A DNA stretch of 32,000 nt from Telmatocola sphagniphila (lineage in GTDB: Bacteria; Planctomycetota; Planctomycetia; Gemmatales; Gemmataceae): the NCBI RefSeq assembly GCF_018398935.1, contig NZ_CP074694.1, positions 2,490,001 to 2,522,000 on the forward strand, in the 5' to 3' direction. Position numbers and translations under genes: made by a program. Numbering within the stretch: position 1 is the stretch's first letter; each line of letters opens with the position of its first letter. Positions 17,454-26,677 of the stretch are shown piece by piece. A model generated the notes under the pieces. The model saw nothing but the letters and a program-made list of their open reading frames with translations. It was not told the origin of the DNA and ran no database searches.

Positions 17454-20400
17454 TTAGGCTGTGACCTTATCGGATTGGTCGAGAAGCTCTCGAATCTTAC
17501 CGGCCAAAAGTTTCGGAGTATAAGGCTTCTGTAAAAATTTGTAGTTCGCTTCGGATATATCGGAGCGAAGCAATTCATCATCCGTGTAGCCGGACACGAA
17601 TAACACCTTGATATCTCGTCTGATTTTTACCAGCCGATTTGCCAATTCTCTGCCGCTCAACCGGGGCATTACCACGTCGGTCACGAGCATCTGGATAGAA
17701 CCGTGGTGCTCGCTCGCCACTTTCAGAGCATCCTCGCCATCCTCCGCTTCGAGGACTTGATAACCGCAATTAATCAGAACGGTTCGTGCGACTTTACGCA
17801 CGGCGGCTTCATCCTCGACGAGCAGAATCGTCCCTTTTCCAATCGGTAGACTTTCGAGCGTGGAAGATCGAGATTCTTCAACGGATCCAGATTCCATTTT
17901 TGGCAAATAAATGGTGAATTTTGAACCCTGATTCAGTGCACTATCCACCAAAATGAAGCCGTTGGACTGCCGAACGATTCCGTACGCGGTTGCCAGTCCC
18001 AGCCCTGTCCCTTTCCCTTGTTCCTTGGTGGTAAAGAAAGGTTCGAAGATCTGAGCCTTCACTTCTTCGCTCATTCCCTGGCCGTTATCCTGTACGCTCA
18101 GTTCGACGTAATCCCCTGGTTCAACGTCTGGGGGTAGAGCTCTATGATTTCGGTCGAAGTGGACATTTCGGCTCGAGAATTTCAGCTGGCCGCCGTTGGG
18201 CATGGCGTCGCGAGCATTGATGGCCAGGTTGATGATTACCTGCTGCAATTGGGTGGGATCGACTTTAATTCGCCAGATATTCGGATGGAGGCTGGAGGAA
18301 ATGGAAATTTTTTCGCTGATGACCCGTTGCAGCATCCGCCGTGTTTCACTTATCAACGCATTCGGATCGATCAGTTTCGGTTGAAGCAGCTGTCGACGGC
18401 TAAAAGCCAGCAATTGCGAGGTCAGTTTTTCAGCGCGCCCGCCGGCCGTGCGAACTTCACTGATCAGAGAACGATGCTGCTTACTCATTCGTTCGTCGGT
18501 CATCAGCATATCGGTATAACCGATGATAACGGTCAACAAATTGTTGAAGTCGTGTGCAACGCCACCGGCCAGTTTACCCACGGCTTCCAATTTCTGGGCA
18601 TGGCGGAGCAACTCGCCCGTTCGAGCATGTTCTTCCACTTCTTTGCGTAACTCCTGGGTGCGCTGTTCAATGCACGCCGCCAGCAATTTTTCCCGGCTTT
18701 TAAATTGATAAGTGTTATATTGATGCGCCGCTCCGAATAACCCGAGAGCGATGAGGCCGCAGACAACATAAAACCATCGAGTCTGATAGAACCGGGGAGT
18801 TAATTCAAACTCAAAACTTTGATCGGTATCCGCCCATTCGGCGTTGGGCTCAGCGACTTGCACTCGAAAGACATACTTATTCGGCGGGAGATTCGTATAG
18901 AAAGCAACCCGGCGATTGCCCGCTTCGATCCAGTTCTGATCGAAGCCTTCCAATTTATAGCGGAACCGCAGACCGTCGAGAGCGACCATATCTATAGCCG
19001 AATAATGGACTTCCAAGGCACCCGCGGTGGGCGTCAATCGAATAGGGCTCTTGCCGTCCTCCACTTTCCCATCAACGATAATTTTATCTATGGACACCGG
19101 AGGAGTCGGGCGTTGACTTTGCACTCGGGACGGGTTGACAACCACCAAGCCGTTACCAGTGGGGAACCAGAGTCTTCCGTTTCGGGTTTTGCAACCTGCG
19201 GGTTGAGAACCGCCATTGCAATCATCGATCTTCATCCCATCTCGTCGATTGAGCGTGAGCGACTGAATGGGACTCTTACCCGATAGGGAATCTTGGGCGA
19301 TTCGGAAAATGCCGCGGCTGGAACTCATCCAGAGATATTCCCCGTCTTCCAGAATCTGGTAAATGGTGTTGTCGCCCAGACCGTCTTTTTCCAGATAAGT
19401 AGTCCACTTACCTTGATAATAGCGATTCAATCCGGCTCCGTGCGTTCCCACGAGAATCGAACCGTCTTTAAGCTCGGTCAGGCACAATATGACATCGCTA
19501 GAAAGCCCATCGCGGGTGGTATAGTTGATGAACTGCTCACCGCGTCTGACCCAAATTCCACCGCCATTAGTCCCCATCCAGAGTTCTTTCCGGGAAGATT
19601 TCAAAATGGCCCGCAAAGCACGTTTGCGACTGGAAGAGCCCTTAAAAACCACCTCGAATTTATCATTCTGGAATTTAACCAGCTCACCGTTGCCCGTGCC
19701 CAGAAGTACCGAACCATCTTCTTCCGGTAGAATGGCCAATACATCATTCTTAAAAAAATCGCTGGAAAGTTTGTGGTTTTTGAATTCTTTCTGATCGTAA
19801 CTGCACAGCCCCAAGCCACTCCCGAACCAGAGCACGCCTTTTTCATCCTCGGCAATGGCGAGTACAGTGTCCCCTATTGGACAATCCTGGGGAGTGAATA
19901 TAGACCATTTCCCATCTTTGAGTCGGCTCAGCCCTCCGCTTGTTCCTACCCAAATGGATCCCAGACGATCTTCATGAACCACCCAATTAGTGGAGCCGAG
20001 TAGACCTTCGGCCCCAGTTATAGTGAGGCAGCGGCCATTGATCAGGCGCACCAGACCATCGGCGGTTCCCACCCAGAGACTTCCTTCTCGATCTTCGAAG
20101 ATCGCAAATATCGTCTCTCCGAGTGAACTTTCCTTGGAAAATCCCTGGCAAACACCGCTTTTTAATTGGCGGATCAATCCGAAATTCGTTCCTAACCAGT
20201 GATTGCCATCTCGATCTTCAGCCATGGCCCGCACGAAAGATTTTTCAGATTCTTCGAAATTTTCTACGCTGGAGAATTTCTCATTCCTGAAAATGGATAG
20301 TCCACTGCGCTTCCCGACCAAAATTCCGCCATCGGAAGCACTACAAATACTCAAGATGCGATCGCGGTTCAAGTATTTGGGATCGCTGTAAGAAGTAAAT

Positions 20401-21020
20401 TTACCTTTGGCAAACTTAGAGAGTCCGTTGGTAGTGCCGATCCAAAGTTCGCCATTTTTCCCCATATGGAGCGACAAACAGTAGGAAGCTGGCAATCCGT
20501 TTTCCTTCGTGAAGTTTGTGAATTTTTTATCGGAATAATAACTGAGCCCTCCTTTGGTACCGACCCACATACCGCCGTTGGGATCCTCTGCCAGACTCCA
20601 GGTATCGTCGTCCACCAGCCCTTCGGCCATTGTTAACCTGCTAAAATTCCCTTGCTCGTACTTCACCAGTCCATTCTCCGTAGCAATCCACAGAACATCG
20701 TTTCGGTCCGCCAGCAACGCATTAATGCTGTTACTCTTCAATTCGGGAGTATTCGAACTGTTGAAAACTTTGAACTTGGTGCCATCGAAGCGGGCTAAGC
20801 CACTTTCGGTACCGCACCAGAGATACCCATCTTTAGTCTGTGCGATGGTATGAACGGAATTTTGAGGTAAGCCATCCTCGATCCGCCAGATTCGAGGAGT
20901 GTACTGAGATGGGCTATAGGTTGGATCGAGCGCCAGAACCTCTGGAACAGCCACGATCAATAGAACTATCGCTAGAACCTTCGACAATAGTGTTCGGTGA
21001 GCAGTACTTTTGGATCGCAT
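17454..21020 (-). CDS. Hybrid sensor histidine kinase / response regulator with a periplasmic two-component-regulator propeller + Y_Y_Y sensor
   Basis: I prefer the ATG at 21020 ([30 protein letters not shown], a signal anchor). Many propeller repeats follow ([17 protein letters not shown]..., [13 protein letters not shown]...). Next come a Y_Y_Y-type domain ([38 protein letters not shown]) and a TM helix ([17 protein letters not shown]). The kinase part has an H-box ([19 protein letters not shown]) and HATPase N/G boxes ([22 protein letters not shown]). The C-terminal REC is [12 protein letters not shown]...LVTDVVMP...KVLFVSGY. The track ORF extends to a TTG at 21197, so the start is uncertain (an ATG at 21143 is also possible). 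Confidence 0.92.
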   Translation of the reverse strand: MRSKSTAHRTLLSKVLAIVLLIVAVPEVLALDPTYSPSQYTPRIWRIEDGLPQNSVHTIAQTKDGYLWCGTESGLARFDGTKFKVFNSSNTPELKSNSINALLADRNDVLWIATENGLVKYEQGNFSRLTMAEGLVDDDTWSLAEDPNGGMWVGTKGGLSYYSDKKFTNFTKENGLPASYCLSLHMGKNGELWIGTTNGLSKFAKGKFTSYSDPKYLNRDRILSICSASDGGILVGKRSGLSIFRNEKFSSVENFEESEKSFVRAMAEDRDGNHWLGTNFGLIRQLKSGVCQGFSKESSLGETIFAIFEDREGSLWVGTADGLVRLINGRCLTITGAEGLLGSTNWVVHEDRLGSIWVGTSGGLSRLKDGKWSIFTPQDCPIGDTVLAIAEDEKGVLWFGSGLGLCSYDQKEFKNHKLSSDFFKNDVLAILPEEDGSVLLGTGNGELVKFQNDKFEVVFKGSSSRKRALRAILKSSRKELWMGTNGGGIWVRRGEQFINYTTRDGLSSDVILCLTELKDGSILVGTHGAGLNRYYQGKWTTYLEKDGLGDNTIYQILEDGEYLWMSSSRGIFRIAQDSLSGKSPIQSLTLNRRDGMKIDDCNGGSQPAGCKTRNGRLWFPTGNGLVVVNPSRVQSQRPTPPVSIDKIIVDGKVEDGKSPIRLTPTAGALEVHYSAIDMVALDGLRFRYKLEGFDQNWIEAGNRRVAFYTNLPPNKYVFRVQVAEPNAEWADTDQSFEFELTPRFYQTRWFYVVCGLIALGLFGAAHQYNTYQFKSREKLLAACIEQRTQELRKEVEEHARTGELLRHAQKLEAVGKLAGGVAHDFNNLLTVIIGYTDMLMTDERMSKQHRSLISEVRTAGGRAEKLTSQLLAFSRRQLLQPKLIDPNALISETRRMLQRVISEKISISSSLHPNIWRIKVDPTQLQQVIINLAINARDAMPNGGQLKFSSRNVHFDRNHRALPPDVEPGDYVELSVQDNGQGMSEEVKAQIFEPFFTTKEQGKGTGLGLATAYGIVRQSNGFILVDSALNQGSKFTIYLPKMESGSVEESRSSTLESLPIGKGTILLVEDEAAVRKVARTVLINCGYQVLEAEDGEDALKVASEHHGSIQMLVTDVVMPRLSGRELANRLVKIRRDIKVLFVSGYTDDELLRSDISEANYKFLQKPYTPKLLAGKIRELLDQSDKVTA

Positions 21021-21241
21021 TTTAGAGAGAACTTCTTTGGGTTCTCCGGCGATTATCCCACAGAAACCGGGATGATCGGGGACTTTGAGCAGGTCCTTAT
21101 GGAGGTTGTCTGCCAGGAATAATCGATAAACTCTTTCAAACATAGGTGAAAAAGTCGGTGTTATCAAGTAAAGGATCGCAAAATTTGGATCAGCCAAAGA
21201 AAAAGTGAACTGTGGCCAAAACTCCGCGGAAAATTAGGAGA

Positions 21242-21284
21242 GTGAATTTCACATTATCTGAGATTCAATTGAACTTGAAATTCG
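21242..21284. promoter_or_regulatory. Cluster of GAA/TTC-type palindromes upstream of the sensor kinase gene
   Basis: GTGAATTTCAC (21242..21252) and TTCAATTGAA (21264..21273) are perfect palindromes. TGAAATTC (21276..21283) is the reverse complement of GAATTTCA (21244..21251). Confidence 0.3.
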
Positions 21285-21298
21285 CTGCAGGGGGAAGA

Positions 21299-21330
21299 AG
21301 AAACGCACTCGTTTTGTCGAGTGCGTTTCT
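21299..21330 (-). terminator. Intrinsic terminator candidate after the DUF1559-lipoprotein gene pair
   Basis: Perfect 13-bp stem (21299..21311 pairs with 21318..21330) with a 6-nt loop, 27 nt downstream of the stop at 21357. On the minus strand the stem is followed by the U/C-rich UCUUCCCC. Confidence 0.55.
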
Positions 21331-21356
21331 GAAAAATCAGATTGCGATCAGAGAAA

Positions 21357-21770
21357 TCAATCGCAGTTAATATCCCATTTTTTTTCGCTCGTAGTGATTT
21401 CCACTGTCAGTCCGGAAGTTTTCGGAGACTCATACTTTTTAGGGATGGCTACGTAGACGGGTCGCAAAGCCTCGGTTTTCATTTTTGCAGGGGGAGCCGT
21501 CAACTTTTTGAAGTTGGCTGTTTCGACACCTACCTGATAGGTTCCTACAATCAGACCGGTGGCCATGTAGTTGCCTTCCGGATCGATGCTTACCTTGAGG
21601 GGAGCATCATCCGCGCCAACAAATATTAGATCCCCGGCGGTCACCGGTTTCCCGCCAGTCAAAACTTTACCACTCACGCTGCCTTTGGGTTTCACATTGC
21701 TGCAGCCGGTTAGCACAATCATGCTGGCCATCAGAAAAACTTGAAATGGCAGAAATTTGAGCCGGGTCAT
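21357..21770 (-). CDS. Lipoprotein with a carboxypeptidase-regulatory-like (small beta-sandwich) domain, partner of the DUF1559 gene
   Basis: The internal ATG at 21770 gives MTRLKFLPFQVFLMASMIVLTGCSN, with lipobox LTG/C. The body (GSVSGKVLTGGKPVTAGDLIFVG...IDPEGNYMATGLIVGTYQVGVE) follows the G-x-V-x-GKP...G-x-Y-x-V pattern. The track start at 21845 is a TTG extension. Confidence 0.8.
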   Translation of the reverse strand: MTRLKFLPFQVFLMASMIVLTGCSNVKPKGSVSGKVLTGGKPVTAGDLIFVGADDAPLKVSIDPEGNYMATGLIVGTYQVGVETANFKKLTAPPAKMKTEALRPVYVAIPKKYESPKTSGLTVEITTSEKKWDINCD

Positions 21771-21845
21771 AAATCGAATCTCGATTGGAGGTAAAAAAGG
21801 AAAAAGCCCTGCGAAATTTCGCAGGGCTGGTCGGAATGATTCCAA

Positions 21846-22790
21846 TTACCAGTCGCTAGGCAAGGTATTACCATCGGCCGGATCACCTGCATACGTCCAT
21901 GTGGTCAGACTTACGGAGGCAGTAACACCTCGGACACTGCCATCTGCCATAAGAGTCTGAGCGGAGCCGGAAGAGATCGCGTGCGTGAGGTAAGGGTTGC
22001 AGTTATTGATGTTTGCACCGAACTGTGGAGTTCCGTTGGCGGCATGGAAGTTAGGCGCATCCATTTGTTCATAGGTGCAACCCACCCAAGCGTGAATGGA
22101 GCGGCCACCTGGAACCCAGCTCAGCGGGCAGCTGGAGAATCGTTCAGTAAAGAGCATCGTGTTCGACGATCCATCTTGAATTCCCTGAATGGAAAGTGGG
22201 TTGGTGCTCCACGCCAGGTTCCAACCATCCCAAAGATACCAGCTGGGAGCTTTCGGATTGCCGAAAATCTGAATGTTGAACGCATAGCTGACGACGGCGA
22301 AAGGTGCCGTTGCCATCCAGGAGTACCACTGCTGAGTGTAGACGGGATCGTAGCTTTGCTGGATCTGACCGCCATCGGCGGGAGCATAAAAGACTTTGAG
22401 AGCTTGAGATTGATTGTAAGTGCCGTTTGGCCCGTACCAAGGGCCATAGTTGTGCACTTGGCGGAACAAAGCGTCCTGCTCGACGTAAGGCAGCAGCCAG
22501 AAGAAGGCCATTACGTCGGTACTTTGATCGAAGTAATTTCCGCTGTAAGTTCCCTGTCCCCACCAAGGGCACCAGGCCACTGGCAAAGTTCCCATAGTAT
22601 CGTTCGAGGTGTGACAGGCGATACCGATTTGACGAAGGTTGTTACTGCTGGACATGCGTGCCGCGGCTTCGCGGACTTTCTGCACTGCCGGGAGCAATAG
22701 CCCGATGAGGATTGCAATAATCGCAATGACAACCAAGAGTTCAATGAGAGTGAACCCTCGCGAACGCACACTTCTGCTGGGAGAGAGCAT
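21846..22790 (-). CDS. DUF1559 domain-containing protein (type II secretion pseudopilin-like, prepilin N-terminal methylation motif)
   Basis: It carries [47 protein letters not shown], then the C-terminal ...[20 protein letters not shown] (an H-Xn-DG type tail). The ATG at 22790 has GGAG 6 nt upstream; an ATG at 22802 is also possible. The track start at 22853 is GTG and overlaps a hairpin. Confidence 0.92.
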   Translation of the reverse strand: MLSPSRSVRSRGFTLIELLVVIAIIAILIGLLLPAVQKVREAAARMSSSNNLRQIGIACHTSNDTMGTLPVAWCPWWGQGTYSGNYFDQSTDVMAFFWLLPYVEQDALFRQVHNYGPWYGPNGTYNQSQALKVFYAPADGGQIQQSYDPVYTQQWYSWMATAPFAVVSYAFNIQIFGNPKAPSWYLWDGWNLAWSTNPLSIQGIQDGSSNTMLFTERFSSCPLSWVPGGRSIHAWVGCTYEQMDAPNFHAANGTPQFGANINNCNPYLTHAISSGSAQTLMADGSVRGVTASVSLTTWTYAGDPADGNTLPSDW

Positions 22791-22811
22791 ACTGTACTCC
22801 ATGAAAGAGAT

Positions 22812-22847
22812 GCAAAAAATATAACACCTCAGAGAATTCCCTCTGAG
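22812..22847 (-). terminator. Hairpin plus U-tract between the AKR gene and the DUF1559 gene (terminator candidate; could be 5'-leader structure instead)
   Basis: On the minus strand: CUCAGAG-GGAAUU-CUCUGAG (7-bp stem; + coordinates 22828..22834 / 22841..22847), followed by GUGUUAUAUUUUUUG. It lies about 107 nt after the AKR stop and only about 10 to 25 nt before the DUF1559 start candidates. Confidence 0.4.
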
Positions 22848-22953
22848 TATCACTTGTCATGATAACAACCTAATGAACCGTCGGGAAGAGAGATTTATAA
22901 AAAACATTAACAAGGAATGAGTCTTAGTTTTTTTCATTTATAAAAGGGTCTGA

Positions 22954-23940
22954 TTACTGAATTCCGAGGATAGGATGCGGCCGATAGAGTTCCTCTAACT
23001 TGGCTAAATCCGATGCGTCGAGTTTGATTTCTAAAGCGGCGATAGCATCTTCCAGATGCTCCATTTTACTGGCACCAATGATGGGAGCCGTCACAACGGG
23101 ATTGGCCAGCACCCAGGCGAGGGCTAATTGTACCGGCTTGACTCCCAGTTTAGTCGCAACCTGCGCGTTCCGCTCGGCCACCGCAAAATCCTCCGGTGAG
23201 CCATAGAGTTTTTTGCCAAAATCATCGCTCTTGGCACGCGGTGTCACAAACTCTCCCGAGGCTGTGCGGTTACCCGCTAAAAAGCCTCGAGCCAGGGGAC
23301 TCCAGGGAATGCAGCCAATCATTTCGGCTTTGCAAAGGGGAATCATTTCCCGTTCTTCCTCTCGGTAAACCAGATTGTAATGATTCTGCATCGTGACAAA
23401 CCGCGTCCAGCCATGTCGATCGGCCAGATAGAGGTATCGGGCAAACTGCCAGGCATACATAGAGGAGGCTCCGATGTAACGCACTTTTCCTACCTGAACC
23501 AAGTGGTGCAGAGCTTCTAGAGTTTCCTCCATTGGCGTCTGGTCATCGAAGCGATGGATTTGATAGAGATCGATGTAATCCATACCGAGGCGTTTCAGGG
23601 AACGGTCGCAGGCATCCAGAATGTGCTTCCGGGAAAGCCCCCATCGATTGAGCTTTCGATTCTCGGTTCCGTTGTAGCACTTGGTGGCAATGACCACATC
23701 TTCGCGATCCGGCACCAGATTTTTCACGGCCCGACCCAGAATTTCCTCGCTCACGCCGTTCGAATAAACATCCGCAGTATCGAAGAAATTAATGCCCGCT
23801 TCTAAAGCCCTGGAAAGGAAGGGGATGGATTCCTTTTCTTCCAGTACCCACTCCCGCCACTTCTTGGAACCGTATGTCATCATTCCCAGACAAATTCTCG
23901 AAACCTTGACTCCGGTGTTTCCCAGATTCACGTAATTCAT
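22954..23940 (-). CDS. Aldo/keto reductase family oxidoreductase
   Basis: 328 aa, ATG start. Typical AKR sequence: VSRICLGMMTYG, GINFFDTADVYSNGVSEEILG, ATKC, IDLYQIHRFD, IGASSMYAWQ and the C-terminal PIIGASKMEHLEDA. Confidence 0.93.
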   Translation of the reverse strand: MNYVNLGNTGVKVSRICLGMMTYGSKKWREWVLEEKESIPFLSRALEAGINFFDTADVYSNGVSEEILGRAVKNLVPDREDVVIATKCYNGTENRKLNRWGLSRKHILDACDRSLKRLGMDYIDLYQIHRFDDQTPMEETLEALHHLVQVGKVRYIGASSMYAWQFARYLYLADRHGWTRFVTMQNHYNLVYREEEREMIPLCKAEMIGCIPWSPLARGFLAGNRTASGEFVTPRAKSDDFGKKLYGSPEDFAVAERNAQVATKLGVKPVQLALAWVLANPVVTAPIIGASKMEHLEDAIAALEIKLDASDLAKLEELYRPHPILGIQ

Positions 23941-23976
23941 ATTCCCACTCCCAGCAAGTGATTATTCAGACCGCCT

Positions 23977-25017
23977 TCAACTATAGTCAACCGGTTCCCA
24001 TTTCTTACTCTGGGCCGACTTATAGGCCGCTTCGATAATGCAGTTCACAATGAAACCATCCTCGAAATTTTCGCGCGGCATGCGCCCCTCGGCCACGCAC
24101 TCGATGAAGTGCCGCATTTCTTCGCGATAGCCGTACACCCAGGCCTCATCCACCGGTGGGAACAGCCAACCGGTGTCGGATTGTGACTTTTCTACGGTGT
24201 ACCCTGCCCCGGCCTTGGAAAAGACCTTAAGCGAAGTTTCCCGAGTGACGTCGGTGAATATGGTCCCCTCGGTGCCGTAGACTTCATTTCTCAGGTCCAG
24301 CCCGCCCGCCGCGGTCCAGCTCAATTCCGCCTGAGCGAGTTGCCCGCCTTCGAAACGGAGTAACAGCACCGCGTTATCCTCGGCATCCGTCCGCTCTTTA
24401 TGGACCAATCGATCCGTCCAGGCCATGACTTCCACCACTCGGTTCTCTTTGCCGATGAAGTAGCGAGCTGCTTCTATGGTGTGGCATCCCATATCCAAGA
24501 GGGCCCCACCCCCGGAAAGTTCCTTCTTCCAGAACCAGTCTCCATGCGGACCGCTATGAGCCTCCCGGGATCGTACGGTCAGCACTTTGCCGATTCCTCC
24601 CTGCTCGATGTATTTTTTCGCTCGCATAACTGAAGGACTGAACACTTCCGTTTCCGCATAACCGTGCAGCACGCCCGCGGTTTTCACCGCATCGAGCATC
24701 TCTTTGGCTTCCGCTTTCGTTCGGGCTAGCGGTTTGGTGCAGACTACGTGCTTACCGGCCCAGGCACAGCGAATGGCCAGATCCCGATGTTCGAAATTGG
24801 GCACTCCCAGCACGACCAAATCGATATCGGGTCGTTCAATCACCCCGTACATATCCGAGTTCGATTCCGGGATGTTCCATTTTTTGGCGAACTCGCGGGC
24901 GTGCTCCGCATTAGGCGAGGCCACCACCGGAATAGTCCAACCGGGCACATCCTGTAAGCCCAGGAGATAAAAATTACTGACGAAACCGCTACCTAACAGG
25001 CCGATTCGAACCGACAT
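23977..25017 (-). CDS. Gfo/Idh/MocA family NAD(P)-dependent oxidoreductase
   Basis: The ATG at 25017 gives MSVRIGLLGSGFVSNFY, a Rossmann N-terminus. It is followed by VVCTKPLARTKAEAKEM and a C-terminal alpha/beta dimerisation domain. The track start at 25023 is a TTG two codons upstream. Confidence 0.92.
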   Translation of the reverse strand: MSVRIGLLGSGFVSNFYLLGLQDVPGWTIPVVASPNAEHAREFAKKWNIPESNSDMYGVIERPDIDLVVLGVPNFEHRDLAIRCAWAGKHVVCTKPLARTKAEAKEMLDAVKTAGVLHGYAETEVFSPSVMRAKKYIEQGGIGKVLTVRSREAHSGPHGDWFWKKELSGGGALLDMGCHTIEAARYFIGKENRVVEVMAWTDRLVHKERTDAEDNAVLLLRFEGGQLAQAELSWTAAGGLDLRNEVYGTEGTIFTDVTRETSLKVFSKAGAGYTVEKSQSDTGWLFPPVDEAWVYGYREEMRHFIECVAEGRMPRENFEDGFIVNCIIEAAYKSAQSKKWEPVDYS

Positions 25018-25127
25018 TTCCAATTCCTCGTCGATGCAACAGGGATGATATGGATGAATTTAACCGACCGGAATCCTGCGCGGATTGAAGCTGCAGAAGC
25101 CCCGGAATATTTGATTCTCAGGAAGGA

Positions 25128-25907
25128 TTACAACTTCGCCCGATCCCGCAGACCGATTTCCTTGATGCGCGCGTCGGGCCACTTTTCCAGATAGGAGTAG
25201 CGTGGGTGCCGGGATTCCTGGTAAGGGTTGTTTCGCCGGGTGTTGTAACAACAAATGAGCGCCCAACGAGGAAATTCACTCTTATTCTGGGCCGAGCAGT
25301 GCAACAGATTGCAGTGGAAGAAAATCGCCGAGCCTGGCTCAAGCTCGCAGTGAACCAGTTCCAGTCGTTCCATGGCGACTTTCACCCGTTCCATATCGGC
25401 TCCAGTCTGATCACCGACTTTCAGATGATCGATTCGCCCGACCAGATGAGAACCCTTGAGCACTTGCAGGCAGCCATTTTCCTTGGTGGCTCTGTCCACC
25501 GCGATCATGCAACTGGCCAACTCGGGAGAGAGGCAGGCGTTGTTGTACCAGTAACCGTAATCCTGATGCCACTCCCAGGCTCCCCCGGTTCGCGGCTCCT
25601 TCAGGATCATCTTGTGGTGGTAGTGGTAAACCTCATCACCGAGGATCTTCTCCATGGTGTCGACAATGCTTTGGCAGCGGACAAAAGCACTGGAAATATT
25701 GTCGCCGAGTTCGTTTTCCACGGCCAATTTGATTGCTCCGCCGAGGCCGTCGCGACGGCTCGCCGTCTTTTGATCGTTCTGATGCACGGCCCGCGCGATC
25801 GTGCGCAATAGATCCATCTCCTCGGTATCGAAGAGATTGGGAATGACGAAATAGCCATCTTGTTGGTACCGACGAAGAAGTTCGTCGGTCACAGAAATTC
25901 TATTCAT
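25128..25907 (-). CDS. Phytanoyl-CoA dioxygenase (PhyH) family Fe(II)/2-oxoglutarate dioxygenase
   Basis: 259 aa. It opens with LLRRYQQDGYFVIPNLF, has WHQDYGYW (H-x-D facial-triad motif) and a distal His in AIFFHCNLLHCSAQN. Confidence 0.9.
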   Translation of the reverse strand: MNRISVTDELLRRYQQDGYFVIPNLFDTEEMDLLRTIARAVHQNDQKTASRRDGLGGAIKLAVENELGDNISSAFVRCQSIVDTMEKILGDEVYHYHHKMILKEPRTGGAWEWHQDYGYWYNNACLSPELASCMIAVDRATKENGCLQVLKGSHLVGRIDHLKVGDQTGADMERVKVAMERLELVHCELEPGSAIFFHCNLLHCSAQNKSEFPRWALICCYNTRRNNPYQESRHPRYSYLEKWPDARIKEIGLRDRAKL

Positions 25908-26041
25908 TGGCCGGGTCCCTGAGATCAGGTCGAGAGTTAGCCGGTGTCTTATGGAATGATTCTATTCGGCCACGCCGAGTTGGCTGGAAATCGAGCGAAC
26001 TCAGTCCCTCGATAAATTCAGAGTGAAGTGAATCTCTCGAT

Positions 26042-26425
26042 CTAAATCGCGTGTTCAAAGAACAATTCGATCCCGTAAACCACGACATATGCCGAGGCCG
26101 CGCATGCGAGAGTCAGAAGCAACTTACCGAGGCCAGGGCGAAACCGTTCGACGATCTCACTGACTACGATCACGATGGCAACCAGCGAAAATTTGAACAA
26201 CGTCATCCCCAGAATGTTCCAGCGATGGAAGAAAAAATTGGCAATGGGGTTCCCCTCATAGAATCGGTGACTGGTCTGGAGAAGGATGTAGGTCGTCAGC
26301 AAATCGGCCAGACTCAACAGGATCAGACAGTACGAGAAATATCGCAATGGGCTTTTCTGGCTAAAAAGACCTCGCAGTTTACTTTTATGGTCCAAAGTTG
26401 GACTCGTTTTTACGGGCTCCGACAT
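26042..26425 (-). CDS. Small integral membrane protein, DUF5658-like
   Basis: 127 aa, ATG start, with about 4 TM segments. It carries DLLTTYILL...EGNPIANFF, which as I recall is the DUF5658-type motif. The family assignment is tentative. Confidence 0.75.
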   Translation of the reverse strand: MSEPVKTSPTLDHKSKLRGLFSQKSPLRYFSYCLILLSLADLLTTYILLQTSHRFYEGNPIANFFFHRWNILGMTLFKFSLVAIVIVVSEIVERFRPGLGKLLLTLACAASAYVVVYGIELFFEHAI

Positions 26426-26677
26426 AGTACTCCCCGCTCACCTCAGTTGATGAAAATTACCAACGACTGACTTTTTCGAATGACTTACCACGGCCAAGAT
26501 AGCCGATTCAAAGTCTCATTACCTCTTGAATTATTAACTTTCGAAGCAATTCTTTCTTCAGGTTTTCCGATCTACTCGTGGATTTACAAGCGTCGATTGC
26601 GCGTCAAGCCTCACCGAATCTCAAGAACTAACTGCTATAAAACACTTAGCGAGTTAGTTCAACACCAGAGCAAGAGC

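Noticed and set aside
21021-21197. Upstream extensions of track ORFs that start at alternative codons: sensor kinase to TTG 21197; zinc-ribbon protein to 8379; glycosidase-like to 26480; small ORF to 28354; lipoprotein to TTG 21845; DUF1559 to GTG 22853; DUF1552 to TTG 8475; DUF1080 to TTG 30760; Gfo/Idh/MocA to TTG 25023.
   Set aside because: In each case an internal ATG gives an N-terminus that matches the family or a clean signal peptide, Tat motif or lipobox. The extension adds odd-composition residues. The sensor-kinase start remains genuinely uncertain.
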